A DNA stretch of 63,972 bases, filler included, from Octopus bimaculoides (lineage: Eukaryota), in assembly GCF_001194135.2 (NCBI RefSeq). It is 6 parts of 6 records of this genome, joined end to end, with 100 filler letters (N's around TTAATTAATTAA, not from the genome) between each part and the next. Parts side by side here need not be neighbours in the genome. Positions count along the whole stretch, not along the records: positions 48,783 to 60,352 come from NC_068988.1; positions 60,453 to 62,761 come from NC_068999.1; 4 more parts are not named here. One strand, 5' to 3'. This document shows, piece by piece, positions 50,775 to 62,761 of the stretch (its first letter is position 1; every line of letters begins with the position of its first letter). The translations under genes and the position numbers were made by a program. A model generated the notes under the pieces. That model made no database searches. It saw nothing but the letters and a program-made list of their open reading frames with translations, and was not told where the DNA came from.

Positions 50775-51830
50775 ATGGTACTGTCAGAGCGCGATATTCG
50801 AGCAATTTTGCTATTCAACTTCAAAGAAGGACATAAAGCAGCGTTAACTGCTCGCAGTATCAACGAAACGTTTGGTGAGGAAATGACCAGTGAGTGGTCA
50901 GCTCGAAAATGGTTTAAACGATTTCGCAGTGGAGACCTGAGGCATGAAGATCGTGAGGCCGTCAGTGAGAAAGATCCACGTAAAACCACTCGAGAACTGG
51001 CAAAAGAACTTCAAGCTAGCCAGAAAAGTGCCTGCAACCATTGCATACGATCGGAAAATTAAAGAAGCTCGACAAATGGGTGCCATACGATTTGAATGAA
51101 AATCAGAAAATGCGCAGATATGAAATTTGCTCGTCACTTCTTCTCTGTAACCAGCCCGATCCAGTTCTCGACCGTATTGTAACTTGCGATGAAAAGTGGA
51201 TTCTGTACAATAATAAAAAACCGTTCTTCGCAATGGTTGGACCAAAATAAAGTACCAGAAACCTTCCGTAAACCTGAGCTCTTCAAAAAGAAGGTTATGA
51301 TGACTGTTTGGTGGTGTACTGCTGGAATCATCCACTATAACTTCTTAAAACCCCGAAAAACCATTACTGCAGAAACATATTGCCATGAAATTGCTAAAAT
51401 GAACTGCTATTCGTCCGTCCCAGACTGGTCAACAGAAGAGGACCAATCACTCTTCATGACAATGTTCGACCACACGTTTCATTAATGACGCTCCAGCAAT
51501 TGACAGAACTTGGCAACGAAGTTCTTCCCCACCCAGCTTATTCCGTAGACCTTTCTCCTACCTACCACCACTTTTTCAAGCACCTTGATGATTTCCTGCG
51601 AGAGAAGGAGTCCAAAAATCAAACTGATGCTGAAAGTACGTTCAAAGAGTCCATCAGCTCCAGAACTCCAGAGTTTTATGTTACTGGAATAAGTAAACTT
51701 GTAACTCGAGGCAAAACTGTGTTGATTGTAATGGTACTTACTTTGAGGAATAAAATTTTCGCATTGTTGAAATATATTGTGATGAATTTCATATTTCAAA
51801 GCGTTGCATATTTTTTACTCAGCCCAATAT
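50775..51830 (+). pseudogene. Decayed mariner (DD34D-type) transposase and 3' end
   Basis: WVPYDL, IVTCDEKWILY, HDNVRPH, HPAYSVDLSPT across four frames; deletion in the HTH region; 3' TIR-like tttttactcagcccaata; no 5' TIR found. Confidence 0.92.
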
Positions 51831-53056
51831 TAATATCTACTCCTTATTTTCATCCGCCTAGCCCTTGTAAACAATAATTAATCGATAGTTAATAATAGTA
51901 TCAAAATCTCCGATAGAAAGTTGCAAGAAAGCGCTTATATATGAAACCTCGGAATATTAGTATTATAAAGGTTTTCAAAAAGAGGTTTAAATCTATTTCT
52001 TCAAAACAAAATTTATAATGTAAGTAGTAGTGATCATAAAATTAAAATCGGCTTGTGAAAAGGATAGATAAACAATTATAATAGTTAAGGGGTAGATTGA
52101 AATGGCAGAATAGGGATAATAACTACACAGGAACTTATCAATCAACGATAGTCATTGAATATCAATTATAGTTATGGAAAAAATATATACATTGATGGAA
52201 ACATACAGAATACATTTAATCCTAAATATCTTAACTTACGTTTATGAATTTGTGTTGCAAGATTCCAGATGTCGAACCGTCTGTTCAAACAAATATTTTT
52301 ATATTTCAAGACGGTCGTTTTTTTTTCCTTTTGCCAAATAAACAGACGCGCTACATATTCATTCTCCACTCGTTTATTACTGTTCTTGGAAATCTTTCAT
52401 CACACATCTGTGACCTCTCCAGTGACCTTTTCCATCCACGTGTATCCTCCTGTACTGCGTCGGAATATATAGTGTATTTGGCAAAAAGAAGATAATAAAA
52501 AAAGATTATCCCGAAATATAGCAGTAACTTAACTATTATATAGTAACGCAGCGTACAGATAAGCTTTAGTATTTGCTAGAAAGAGCAGCTCAAACAAGAT
52601 AGCATTTTGTAGCAGTGATGCCTTTTGGGAGTGGATAGCCAGTAATATATTCAAAGTAGATGGGGTGACATAGACTGGACTAATTGGTGTGGAGAGAATT
52701 TGTCATGAACGTATACATTAATGTGTATATAGAATCGGTAGTTTGTAAGGGTAGACGATGAGACGGATTTAAATTGGTAAAGAAAAAATAATAAATTATG
52801 GATACTAACAAAATAGATGAAAGAAAGCCGGCATGTCACTTAGAGATTAACGACTGGCAGAGTATATAAGTGAAACGGAAAAAAATACTAGACAGTGAAG
52901 TTAACATATATAATGAAGATAAGAGATTTTTTATAGTTTTATTTTTATTGTTTGTTTATTGTTTATTGTCTTTTATCTTATAGTATTTCTTTTGTCTCGT
53001 TACCGCCACTGCTTGGCAAAGTCGTTTACAACTTCTTATCTCACTATTTTTTTTTA

Positions 53057-53325
53057 TTTAACTGCCACCGTAACTCAAATGAGATTACTTTTCTTATATA
53101 TTTCTCTTTTTTATTAATTCTATGAGCACCGAGAAGATCGACTTGTCTATGTTATTGGCGTAGCTGTTGATGGTAGTATTAATGTAATTTTAGTTCCCAT
53201 TCTTCGCCGATATGGTTTCAACCAGAGTATCCGGTCGAATAAAACAGGATTAATCGTATGTCTCCCCGAGGAAGCGCCCAAACACGATTGCAGCTGTTGA
53301 GAAGTATTGAACTCTATAATATTAT
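53057..53325 (+). repeat. Unclassified dispersed repeat, homologous to 58163-58450
   Basis: Shared tttaactgccac...ctcaaatgagatta...attaatcgt...gaagcgccca. Confidence 0.6.
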
Positions 53326-53690
53326 TAACGTCCTTCTGTAATGGTCTATGGAGGTCAACTCATCAACTTAAAGCAAGTGAGCAGCGCAAAAAGGAATGAT
53401 TTGATCGGCTATTAATGACAGTAATCATCCATCCACGCATTATATATATATGTATATGCATGTGTGCATATGTGTGTGAGTGTATATATATGTATGTGTC
53501 TTTATATATTTATATATATATGTGTGTATATATATGCGTATATATTTGTATATACATGTGTATATATGTATATATTTCTGTGTATGTATCTATATATATG
53601 GGAGAATGTACGAAAAAACAACAACAGACGAGGACAGGTGGTGTAAATAACAAAAGGATGTATTAGTATGACGCTCGGGAATACGGAAAG

Positions 53691-53727
53691 TCTTTGACGG
53701 TTCGAGCTACGCTCTTCAACAGAAAGA
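53691..53727 (-). ncRNA. Minimal hammerhead motif with two core mutations
   Basis: UCUUU-CUGUUGA-A-GAGC-GUA-GCUC-GAAC-CG-UC-AAAGA. Confidence 0.55.
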
Positions 53728-53800
53728 ATACGGAGACAAGGAGAAAAACACGGAGAAAAAAATTGAATAGTGTTCAGTCGACGGTCAATCATAATAATGG

Positions 53801-53844
<44 letters not shown>

Positions 53845-53849
<5 letters not shown>

Positions 53850-54150
53850 GAGAGGTATGTAGCGTTATATGTGTGAAACATACTGGAGGGGCTGGCATCA
53901 AACTTTGAACTGAGAGTTATATTAGACCTCGAAATGGACGTCATTGCACTGTTCCCAAAGTCCCAGCTGTCTCTTCTAAGACTAGAATCCAAAGGCCAAC
54001 AGCTATTTAACTTCTTGCTAAAAATCTGAGGAATCTCCACGGAGTGGGAGTAGACGTTTTCGAGAAACAGGTTGCTATCCAATATCAAGGCTGGAATCTC
54101 AAAAGTGGGCAGCTGTATCGAACTCCCTTCTTCACCAAAAGCCAATCCCA
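53845..54150 (+). mobile_element. 3' remnant of a CR1/L2/Jockey-group LINE
   Basis: RERYV..YV..ILEGLA..NF...RNGRHCTVPKV...NLRNLHGVGVDVF, the post-RT C-terminal pattern. Confidence 0.55.
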
Positions 54151-54199
54151 TAAAATTGGCCAACTGAAAGGTGATTACGCTGGCGCTGCCCCAGTATGT

Positions 54200-55330
54200 T
54201 AATAATTAGAATCAAATTGAACTATTACTAAATTCTCACATGATCGGTCATCTCCGCTGAATCTGGCGAACCCATAGCGATATCAAAATAATTAGGGGTA
54301 TCCTTTTTGGCCCATAATTTATTATCAAATTCAATAATAGATTTGTGGGCTGTGAGGATTACGTTGATTTCCTTCACGCTGAAGGAAAAATGAGAGTACT
54401 ATTTTAGATAGTAGGATTAATAGTTTTCGATATCTATTTGTAAAAGTTTATGTTTATGCTTATGTTGTATGTTAGAGAACCGTCTTAGTGCATTTTAAGT
54501 GTTAGACCATAATTCAAGTTTAATCTGTTTTCTAAGGGTAGTTATTTACTTATCTAAAATTACTTTACTAAGTTTTCCTTAATCTGATTTATTGGGGCAA
54601 ATTAGCCTAACCTTAGTTTCATTTAAAAATTCCTCCTTATAGTCTTTGACTGTGATACGATGTCTAATAGGTGTGAAAGGTTCTGTTCTATCTTCTATAT
54701 TGTAATCAGTCATAATTTTCTTAGCGCCCAAGTTGATTGATTTAAGAGTGCTTCTGGGAACTACTTTATATTTTTTGTGATTTCTTTATGGATACGTTCG
54801 TTGTACGTATTTATCTTATTTGCATAAATAGCTACTATTTTCCTAACCTATGCTCCCTCCGTTCATAGGAATATCCCACAAAATATTTCTTTCATTTTAA
54901 ATTTTGGTCATTTACTTATCGTCCAATGGCTCTACACGCAACATGACATGACTCTCACCATATTCAACCTTTCCTTATCTTCTTGTCTCTTTTTATTTAT
55001 TCATTTATTTTCCACTTTGATGAAGCTTCATGATTCAAATCGGTTTTATTACCAACTATGATAAATATTCTCTTAGCATCATAATGGTAATTCCAAAGCA
55101 CATTGACAGCAGAAACAGCTGTTAGATGGGATGCAATAGTTTTGTAAATTATTAATAAATAATAATTGATGCAAATTAATTGCTGTTCAATGTTATTTCC
55201 ATATTCTGTTTTCTTTAAATTTTGATTCGTGATAAACTCTTGTTTATCCTTGGCTTTACCTATTATAATGAGCATAACATTTTTGCACGTTTAAATATAG
55301 ATAATATGCAGGTAGCATTTTAGATGCATT
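54200..55330 (-). mobile_element. Decayed Penelope-like element RT region
   Basis: ITVKDYKEEFLNETKVRLICPNKSD*GKLSKVILDK and LLQIDIENY match the ITLKDHK..RLIxPxKS.GK.SK / QFDI.xFYP PLE type. Confidence 0.6.
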
Positions 55331-55639
55331 TATCCCTTAGACGGTTATTTTAACCTCTAACTCAACTAACCTTTTATATCTATATATATGTGTATATATA
55401 TTTATATGTGAGTGTATATAAATGTCTGTGTATATATACATATATATGTGTGCATGTATGTATATATATATGTGTGTGTATGTATGTATATATGTGTATA
55501 TATATAATTTAAAATTAATAATAAAAGGGTAAAATTAATTAATTAAATTAATTAATTAATCAATCAATTAATTAATAATTTTACCAAGTAGATCGGTACG
55601 TTAAAAGAACCTTTATAGGTAAAATTATACAAATATTCT

Positions 55640-56180
55640 ATAATTATAAACATAATTATAATTCGGGGTCAGCTAATTGCTTCACCACATACCGAATTTA
55701 GAAATAGGAGTGAACAATTCCTTTTCTACTGCTGTAAGGATCTTCCAGACAGTAACACACTTTTTTACGTAGGCAATGAGAAAAATAATGAATCAACGCG
55801 ACTTCGATTAGCAACAGACGCGTTTCGAGATTAAAGTATTTAATTTACTTACTATGTCCCCGCCATTCATAGGAATACCCCACAAAACACCTCTTAAATT
55901 TTAAATTGTGGTCATTTACTTATCGTCCCATGGCTCTACACGCAACATGACATGACTCTCACCATATTCGATCTTTCTTCCTCTTCTTAATTACTTTAAT
56001 CCTGAAACGCGTCTGTGGGTATTCGAAGTCGTGTTGATTCATTATTTTCTCTTTGCCTACGTAAAAAATGTGCATTACTGTCTGGGAGATTCCTACGGTA
56101 GCAGAAAAAGAATTTTTAACTCCTATTTCTAAATTCGCTATGTGGTGAAGCAATTAGCTGGCCCCCTAATTATAATTGTG

Positions 56181-56188
<8 letters not shown>
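55640..56188. repeat. ~200-bp inverted repeat around a 140-bp spacer copied from the adjacent PLE remnant
   Basis: Arms 55640-55843 and 55987-56188 (roughly 85% identical by eye); spacer 55866-55986 matches 54862-54982. Confidence 0.9.
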
Positions 56189-56279
<91 letters not shown>

Positions 56280-56548
56280 ACATATATACATATGTGTGTT
56301 TGTATATATATGTGTATATATATATGTGTGTATATATATGTATGTATGTATGTATATTTATATATATATGTATATATATAAATGTGTGTATATATATATG
56401 TATGGGCAAAAATCACACGCACATACACGCACACCCTCACAGGTGTAAACGCATGCACGCACATACTCACAGGTACGCACATGTACGCCTACACAAACCC
56501 CACACACAACCCTCACACAACCCACACACCCACACGCATACACAAACT

Positions 56549-56800
56549 CACGGGCATAGGGCGTAGTGGTTAAGAGCGCGGGCTACTAACCCCAAGATTC
56601 CGAGTTCGATTCGAAGCAATGACCTGAACTCTAATAATAATGATAATAATAATAACATCTAAAAATACCTTAGGAATGAGAATCCAGGTTCGAAATTTCC
56701 CCGAGACACATGAAGAAGGCTGGAGGATATATCAGCCAAAACGTTGTATTAACAACAAACAAGATGAGGACAAATATCCGTCGAATGTAAATAACGTAAA
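56549..56800 (+). mobile_element. tRNA-derived SINE family D (decayed hammerhead module)
   Basis: tagtggttaagagcgcgggctactaacccc...gagttcgattc, (aat)n, 3' module homologous to 61976-62234. Confidence 0.9.
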
Positions 56801-56984
56801 ATAAAAATTGATTGTATATATAGTTACGTGAATTGTCGCAAAAACATAATAATGTATATCTCAAAAACTGGAGATGAGTGAAAACCGGTTTTGTATTTTT
56901 ATATTTGCCTCAATTTCTTTGTAAACCAGTGTAATGATGGATACAAATTTTGGCCAAAAGTCCAGAAAATTCAAGGGACGGGTT

Positions 56985-57090
56985 GAGTATATTATATCGA
57001 CCCAAGTGTATAGCTGATACTTATTTTACGAATTCAGAAAGGATGAAAGGCAAAATCGACTCCATCGTAAGCATTTTGTCCGGCGTGATA
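56985..57090 (-). mobile_element. SINE family B fragment
   Basis: Reverse complement core ctttcatcctttc. Confidence 0.6.
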
Positions 57091-59373
57091 ATAATGCTTA
57101 AGGTAGCTGTCTTTGTGTCTTTTTGAATGGTTAATATATCCTCAACGCTGTAATTGTCCGGCACACACACACATACACACACGCGCGCACACACGCGCAC
57201 ACACGCGCACACACGCGCACACACGCGCACACACACACGCACACACATGCCCTGCCAATCCTGTTTGCAGGGTGTTTAAAGCGACAAAAATCACTTGAAT
57301 GCATTTAGTTAATATATTCAGAACGCTTGCATGGTAAATGTAGTTCATTAAATTAGGAATAAATATTTTTTGTACTTCAAAGGATATTTTTTCTGAAAGA
57401 AATCTCTTTTGAATTTCTCAGTATTTTATCTGTTGTCTGGCCTACAGATCTGGTGAGATTAATTAAATACAATTTAATTAGATTCTGAAATACTCTTTAT
57501 TATATTATATAATTTTAAAATTATATTAATTATATTGAATTCTATTTATCAAAGACTACCTGTTTATATGATATATATCAATGTTTATATAGATATCAAA
57601 TGCAGGCGGATGGAATAACAAAATCGGTATATCATCACGCAAAATGCCTTACAGCATTTAGTTTCGTATGACTTAAGTTCAAATACTGCGATATTCGATT
57701 TAAACTTTCTTTCTTCCAGGATCAATGCAATTAACTATCAGTGAAATACTGGGGTTAATAGAACTGTATATCTGCTATAGGAGTGTTTAGTATTGTACCT
57801 ATACTGGTAATCAATATATTTATCATCTCATCACCATCATAGGCAGTCAACTGATAGTCAACAATTATTGCCATATGCAAATTCGTGAGTCGAAATATCA
57901 GAGGCAGCTCACAGTTATCCTCAAGTTTCTGTCGTGGGCTGTTGAGGTTTGGCTGTGCGTAACATAATTGTATCTGAGCCGGGATCTAACTTTATTTCTC
58001 GTAACGTTGACTACTTGTAAGCAGAATATTTCTTTTCAAATTTCCTTCATTCTTTCAGAATGTTCAAGTCAGTTGAGGCTTCGCTGCATCAATACACTTT
58101 GCATGCTAATGATGTTGGCTTCCTCTGTTTCATGATGTCCATGATTTTACCGGTGCAGGGGTTTATTTAACTGCCACTACGGCTCAAATGAGATTAATTT
58201 TGTTATATATTTTTCTCTTTGTATTAATATTATGAGCCTCAAGAAGGTAGCGTAGTCTTTGTTATTGTCGTTGTTGAGGTTGTTGATATTATTGTAATTA
58301 TAACTCATATGTTTGTGCTTCCGTCAACAGAAACCCAGCAATTTGACTGGTTGAATGTTTGTATATCGTTTACCCAGAAACCAACCGGAATTAATCGTGT
58401 TCCGCCCTTACGAAGCGCCCACACACGGCCGTTGCTGAGCAGCATTCAGTTATATAATGATTATATTATACAGTTATAGTAATATTATGTAGATATATCA
58501 TATATATCATCAGAAATGCATGCGATATTTTTTTATCCATTTGGGATATAACGTTCGTGCCTCCGATCCTTAAGAATTGACTAGTAATACAATTCCCGTC
58601 ATAAACACCATGCTTTTGTTTCCTGGTAGTTTGCATCTCCTGGACAACATTATCCAGTGTATCCTACGCATTTCAAGACATTAGGATGTCAGTGACGAAA
58701 ATGCAACTGCCAATTCTACACTATCGATCGCCCGCACAGTCGTTCCCTTATTGGTTCGTTTTGTCAAAAGTAATAAATAGTTCTATCAATAGGCATCTTG
58801 GAGAAAATTTAACCGAATTATATTTTGCCATATTACTTCGAAGATTTCAGTTGAGAAGGCTAAAATGATATTTTCTAATTTGTTACAAAACTCGGCTTCT
58901 TAAAAAACAAACAAAACAAAAATGAAAAACGCATCTACACGAAAAAACTTCATCATTTAGTACGAAATAACTTCATTATTTAGTATTGTTTTCTATTAAG
59001 CACGAATCAGCTGATATATAATGCCTTTCTCACAGATGATTATTGCCCATTTTCCTATTAATTTTCTTTTGCGTTCTTTTGGGAATGGTGAAAATGAAGA
59101 AATTTAATATTTCCTACTAACAAAATTGCTTATGTTACTGCACATCTCCTTAAGAATGAATAAAAGGAGCAAAATTACCTTGAAAGACGAATATTCTTTA
59201 TTTTGGTGATTTTAGATACGGATGAATCGTTGTAAAATGGGAATAGAAAAATAATGTATCTAATTTCTCTCTTAGGGATGAAACTAAGTCTTCATTTCTA
59301 AGTTTGTAATTCTTGCTTAGGAGTTTATACTAATTCCAGGCTGATGTGAGATGGGCGACACACTTTTAGTGGC

Positions 59374-59444
<71 letters not shown>

Positions 59445-59473
59445 ACTAACTGTCTGTCTGTCTGTCTGGAGGC

Positions 59474-59514
<41 letters not shown>

Positions 59515-59919
59515 GTATGTATGCATACATTTTCTTTCGCACAGGAAAAACAATAAACAAAAGTTTATAGTATTTGTCCCGTGATCTCTGTAAAGTAATA
59601 CAATATAGAGTACTCTTGAGGATCTGTTGTGAGTCAGTATCGAATTGCACTTCAAACACGTAATGCAGAAGTTGTGCATAACTAGAATGGTGAAACCTAA
59701 GACAAATACAAATGATATAAACTTATGTTTATCACAACTTTTCCAACACTTGCTCTGTATCTCATTACCAGTAAAACAAAGTGCAGTTATAACCAAAGTA
59801 TTATACTGGAAGCAACCTGATCAATGTTACTTTATGTGTAGCTCGAAGACTATATTATATACATACATTATATGTATATGTGTGTGTGCGTGTGTGTGTG
59901 TGTGTGTGTAAGTTTATAT

Positions 59920-60135
59920 ATCACTGTATCGACCAGACTACCGATTGGTGTTATACATTGATGGTCACAATGCAATTCCTCGCATTATTATAGCTTTCAC
60001 ATGATGCTACCGTGCTAGTCAAACCAATGATCTTCCTTGCTAGATTACCCACTTACAACTGAGTTAACTGAGACATAGTGAAATGATGTGCTTTGCACAA
60101 GAATACAATGCACCGCCGGTCAGGGAATCGAAATC
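59920..60135 (-). mobile_element. SINE family E fragment
   Basis: Reverse complement tttcgattccctgaccggcggtgcattgtattcttgtgcaaagcacatcatttcac. Confidence 0.55.
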
Positions 60136-60352
60136 ATGACAGGGGCCTTAAGGAGAAATACTTCCATGAGGGAAGGCACCAATTGTCCCCCCCCCCCAAA
60201 AAAAACAAAAAAATGCAAATGCAGAGCACCCTTCAGATGTTATACGCAAGATAGTAGCTGAGCAAGAGTCTTTTTTGTGCATGACGCAAAAGATTATGCA
60301 GCAGCTGACCTGGCTACATTAAGCGCAAACATGGAAACTTGCCTACCATTAC

Positions 60353-60452
60353 NNNNNNNNNNNNNNNNNNNNNNNNNNNNNNNNNNNNNNNNNNNNTTAA
60401 TTAATTAANNNNNNNNNNNNNNNNNNNNNNNNNNNNNNNNNNNNNNNNNNNN
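60353..60452. other. Artificial 100-bp join
   Basis: 44 N + TTAATTAATTAA + 44 N. Confidence 0.95.
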
Positions 60453-60479
60453 ATATATATATATATATATATATAATTA

Positions 60480-61075
60480 TTTCATCCATCCTGGTCGACG
60501 ATGAACCTGGACATCACATGGGAGAGAAAACCGGGGCACGGAATATCCGGGTCTCCGGCTTTAGCCGATCAGTCCGACGTGTGCTCGGAAAATTCTGATG
60601 GCAAGTCGGGCACTAGTGGTCTACTGGAGAAATTGGCTTTGGACTGGCGCAGTTCCATTTGTCTTTTTGCTCCTACGATCCTGTTCTGCTTCTAGGAGGC
60701 TTCAAGTGTATCCTCGGAGTGTTTATTTTTGTTCACCTTGCGCGTACTTGCCTTTTCCCCAGCAGCGTGTAAATGTTTTACTGAGCAGCTCGAGAGAAGA
60801 CCCCCATGTCTGAGACCTTGTCATACCAGGTGTGTTTCAACAGCTTTCTCAGGTAGAAGCCGTTTAGCATTTTGGCGAGGCTTTCGTGAACCGTTCAAGT
60901 CTCGCAGGCGTACAGTAGCGTAGGCAGTACAACGTATTGATGCACCTTCTACTTCGTGGTCATCTTAATGCCTCTCCTCTACCACACTGATTCACATAGT
61001 CGCTTGAATGTTGAGCTTCTTTTGGCAATGCGTGTGTCAACTTCATCATCAATGTTGTGTGCTGCCGAGGTACGT
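60480..61075 (-). mobile_element. RTE-BovB-like LINE 3' fragment, internally deleted
   Basis: IDDEVDTRIAKRSSTFKRL...VVLPTLLYACET...WYDKVSD and RIFRAHVGLIG end. Confidence 0.85.
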
Positions 61076-61919
61076 GAACTAAACAAACCTTTCGTGTTAT
61101 GTTAAGAAGCGGTGCATGGTAGGAGAATTTTGAACTTTTGTCAAATATAACAAACCTCCCTACTACGTTGTTTGAATATCTGCATAAGTGGAGTCCGGAC
61201 TAGTTAGTTTGTACTGGCATCGCGTCGTATTTGTTGTAATAATGAAGCCAAACCAAATAGTAACATTTTGAAATCAGTTAATACGGACGTTTCGGGTTTA
61301 GGTAATACATAATAGGAAATGTATTCATTACGCAACCCGTCATCGGATACATTTCCTCTGAAATATTAATCTGGTGTCCATTAAATAAGTACGACTTGAG
61401 TGCTGGACTCGAAGTAACCACCTAACTACCTGTATTGAAATTGCTTGCCATGTACCAAAATTTGAAACCATTATTATCATTGTTGCCGTGATTGTTAGTG
61501 TGGTTGTTGATGATGTTCTTATTTAATTATTTATTTAATCTATTTTTGTGTCCGTGGAAAGCCATGCATGCTATGATAGAAAGATAAATTTATATCATAT
61601 TGTTAATACATGAGGAAGAAGCAAAAGCTAAAACCGAAAGGGAAAGGAAAGAAAGAAAAGAAATAAAGATAAAAAATAGCTAAATCTTTTTGTAGTCACC
61701 ATGAAATGAAAGATTTAATTCATTATTTATAGTCTGTGGGTCCTTGAAGATAAATTCCACCTTCAACCTTCGTAGAATTAAGACAAGTTTTAGTATATAC
61801 ATACACATGAATTCACTCACACACACATATATATAAATATACACGCATATCTATACACATATTTCTATATGTATATCTGTATGAATACATAAATATAGGT
61901 GCAAATAGCACCTGCAGTT

Positions 61920-62234
61920 CTATATTTAAGAGATGAGGAATTCTGTACATTATTTATATTATTATATTATATGCCCACGGGCATATGGTGTAGTGGTTAA
62001 GAGCGCGGGCTACTAACCCCAAGATTCCGAGTTCGGTTCCAGGCAGTGACACGAATATAATAATAATAATAATAATAATAATAACGTCGAAAAATATCTT
62101 AGGAATGAGAACCCAGGTTCGAAATTTCCCCAAGACACCTGATGAAGGCTGGAGGGTATATCAGCCGAAACGTTGTGTTAACAACAAACAAGATGAGGGA
62201 AAATATCCGTCAATTGTAAATAATGTAAATAATG
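61920..62234 (+). mobile_element. SINE family D insertion with 13-bp TSD (agcacctgcagtt)
   Basis: Direct repeats at 61907-61919 and 62235-62247; tRNA head from 61976; (aat)n; hammerhead module. Confidence 0.9.
62134..62179 (+). ncRNA. Minimal type I hammerhead ribozyme candidate
   Basis: GACAC-CUGAUGA-A-GGCUG-(10 nt)-CAGCC-GAAA-CG-UU-GUGUU; all core nucleotides intact. Confidence 0.7.
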
Positions 62235-62761
62235 AGCACCTGCAGTTGCTAGAAATAAGAGCTAAAAAATATAACTCAAATAGCCTTTTTGGCTTTTAAT
62301 TACTATAGCCACATATATTATAATGTATTGAATATATCATAATATTAATTTATCGTTATAATATCCTACTGTATTTGTATGTGCAGACAGACAGATAGAT
62401 AGACAGACAGATAGATAGATAGAATTTATTTTGGTTTATTCAATCTCTTGCTACTCTAGGCAAGTTACGAGTCATAACTCGAGTGAAAATTCTGTGCATC
62501 CGCAGAGTAACAAGGCGATGACTTGACCAAAATAACAGTCATTTTATTAAGATCTACAGTATGGTTTTGAGGACTCTTTTTTTTTCTGACAGTCAACACT
62601 AAACGGACGTATTTATAAATATCTAAGAGACCGATAGACTAAGTACCGCTTTGTGACGGGGACGTAAACACACCAATATCAGTTGTCAAACGATTGCGGG
62701 GTCAGCACAGACACAAACAACAAACACATGATACATATATATATATATACATATATATATA

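Noticed and set aside
50775-51877. Active mariner, or a domesticated SETMAR-like gene
   Set aside because: Multiple frameshifts, an internal deletion, no 5' TIR and no SET-domain exons nearby.
54560-54640. Selenocysteine recoding in the PLE remnant
   Set aside because: The in-frame stop in KSD*GK is TAA, not TGA; ordinary decay.
55536-55580. aattaattaatt run as a sixth join marker
   Set aside because: Not flanked by N; a natural (TTAA)n-like repeat.
56549-56630. SINE heads as genuine tRNA genes (also 61976, 23070, 25195)
   Set aside because: A/B boxes are present but there is no closable acceptor stem, and they continue into repeat bodies.
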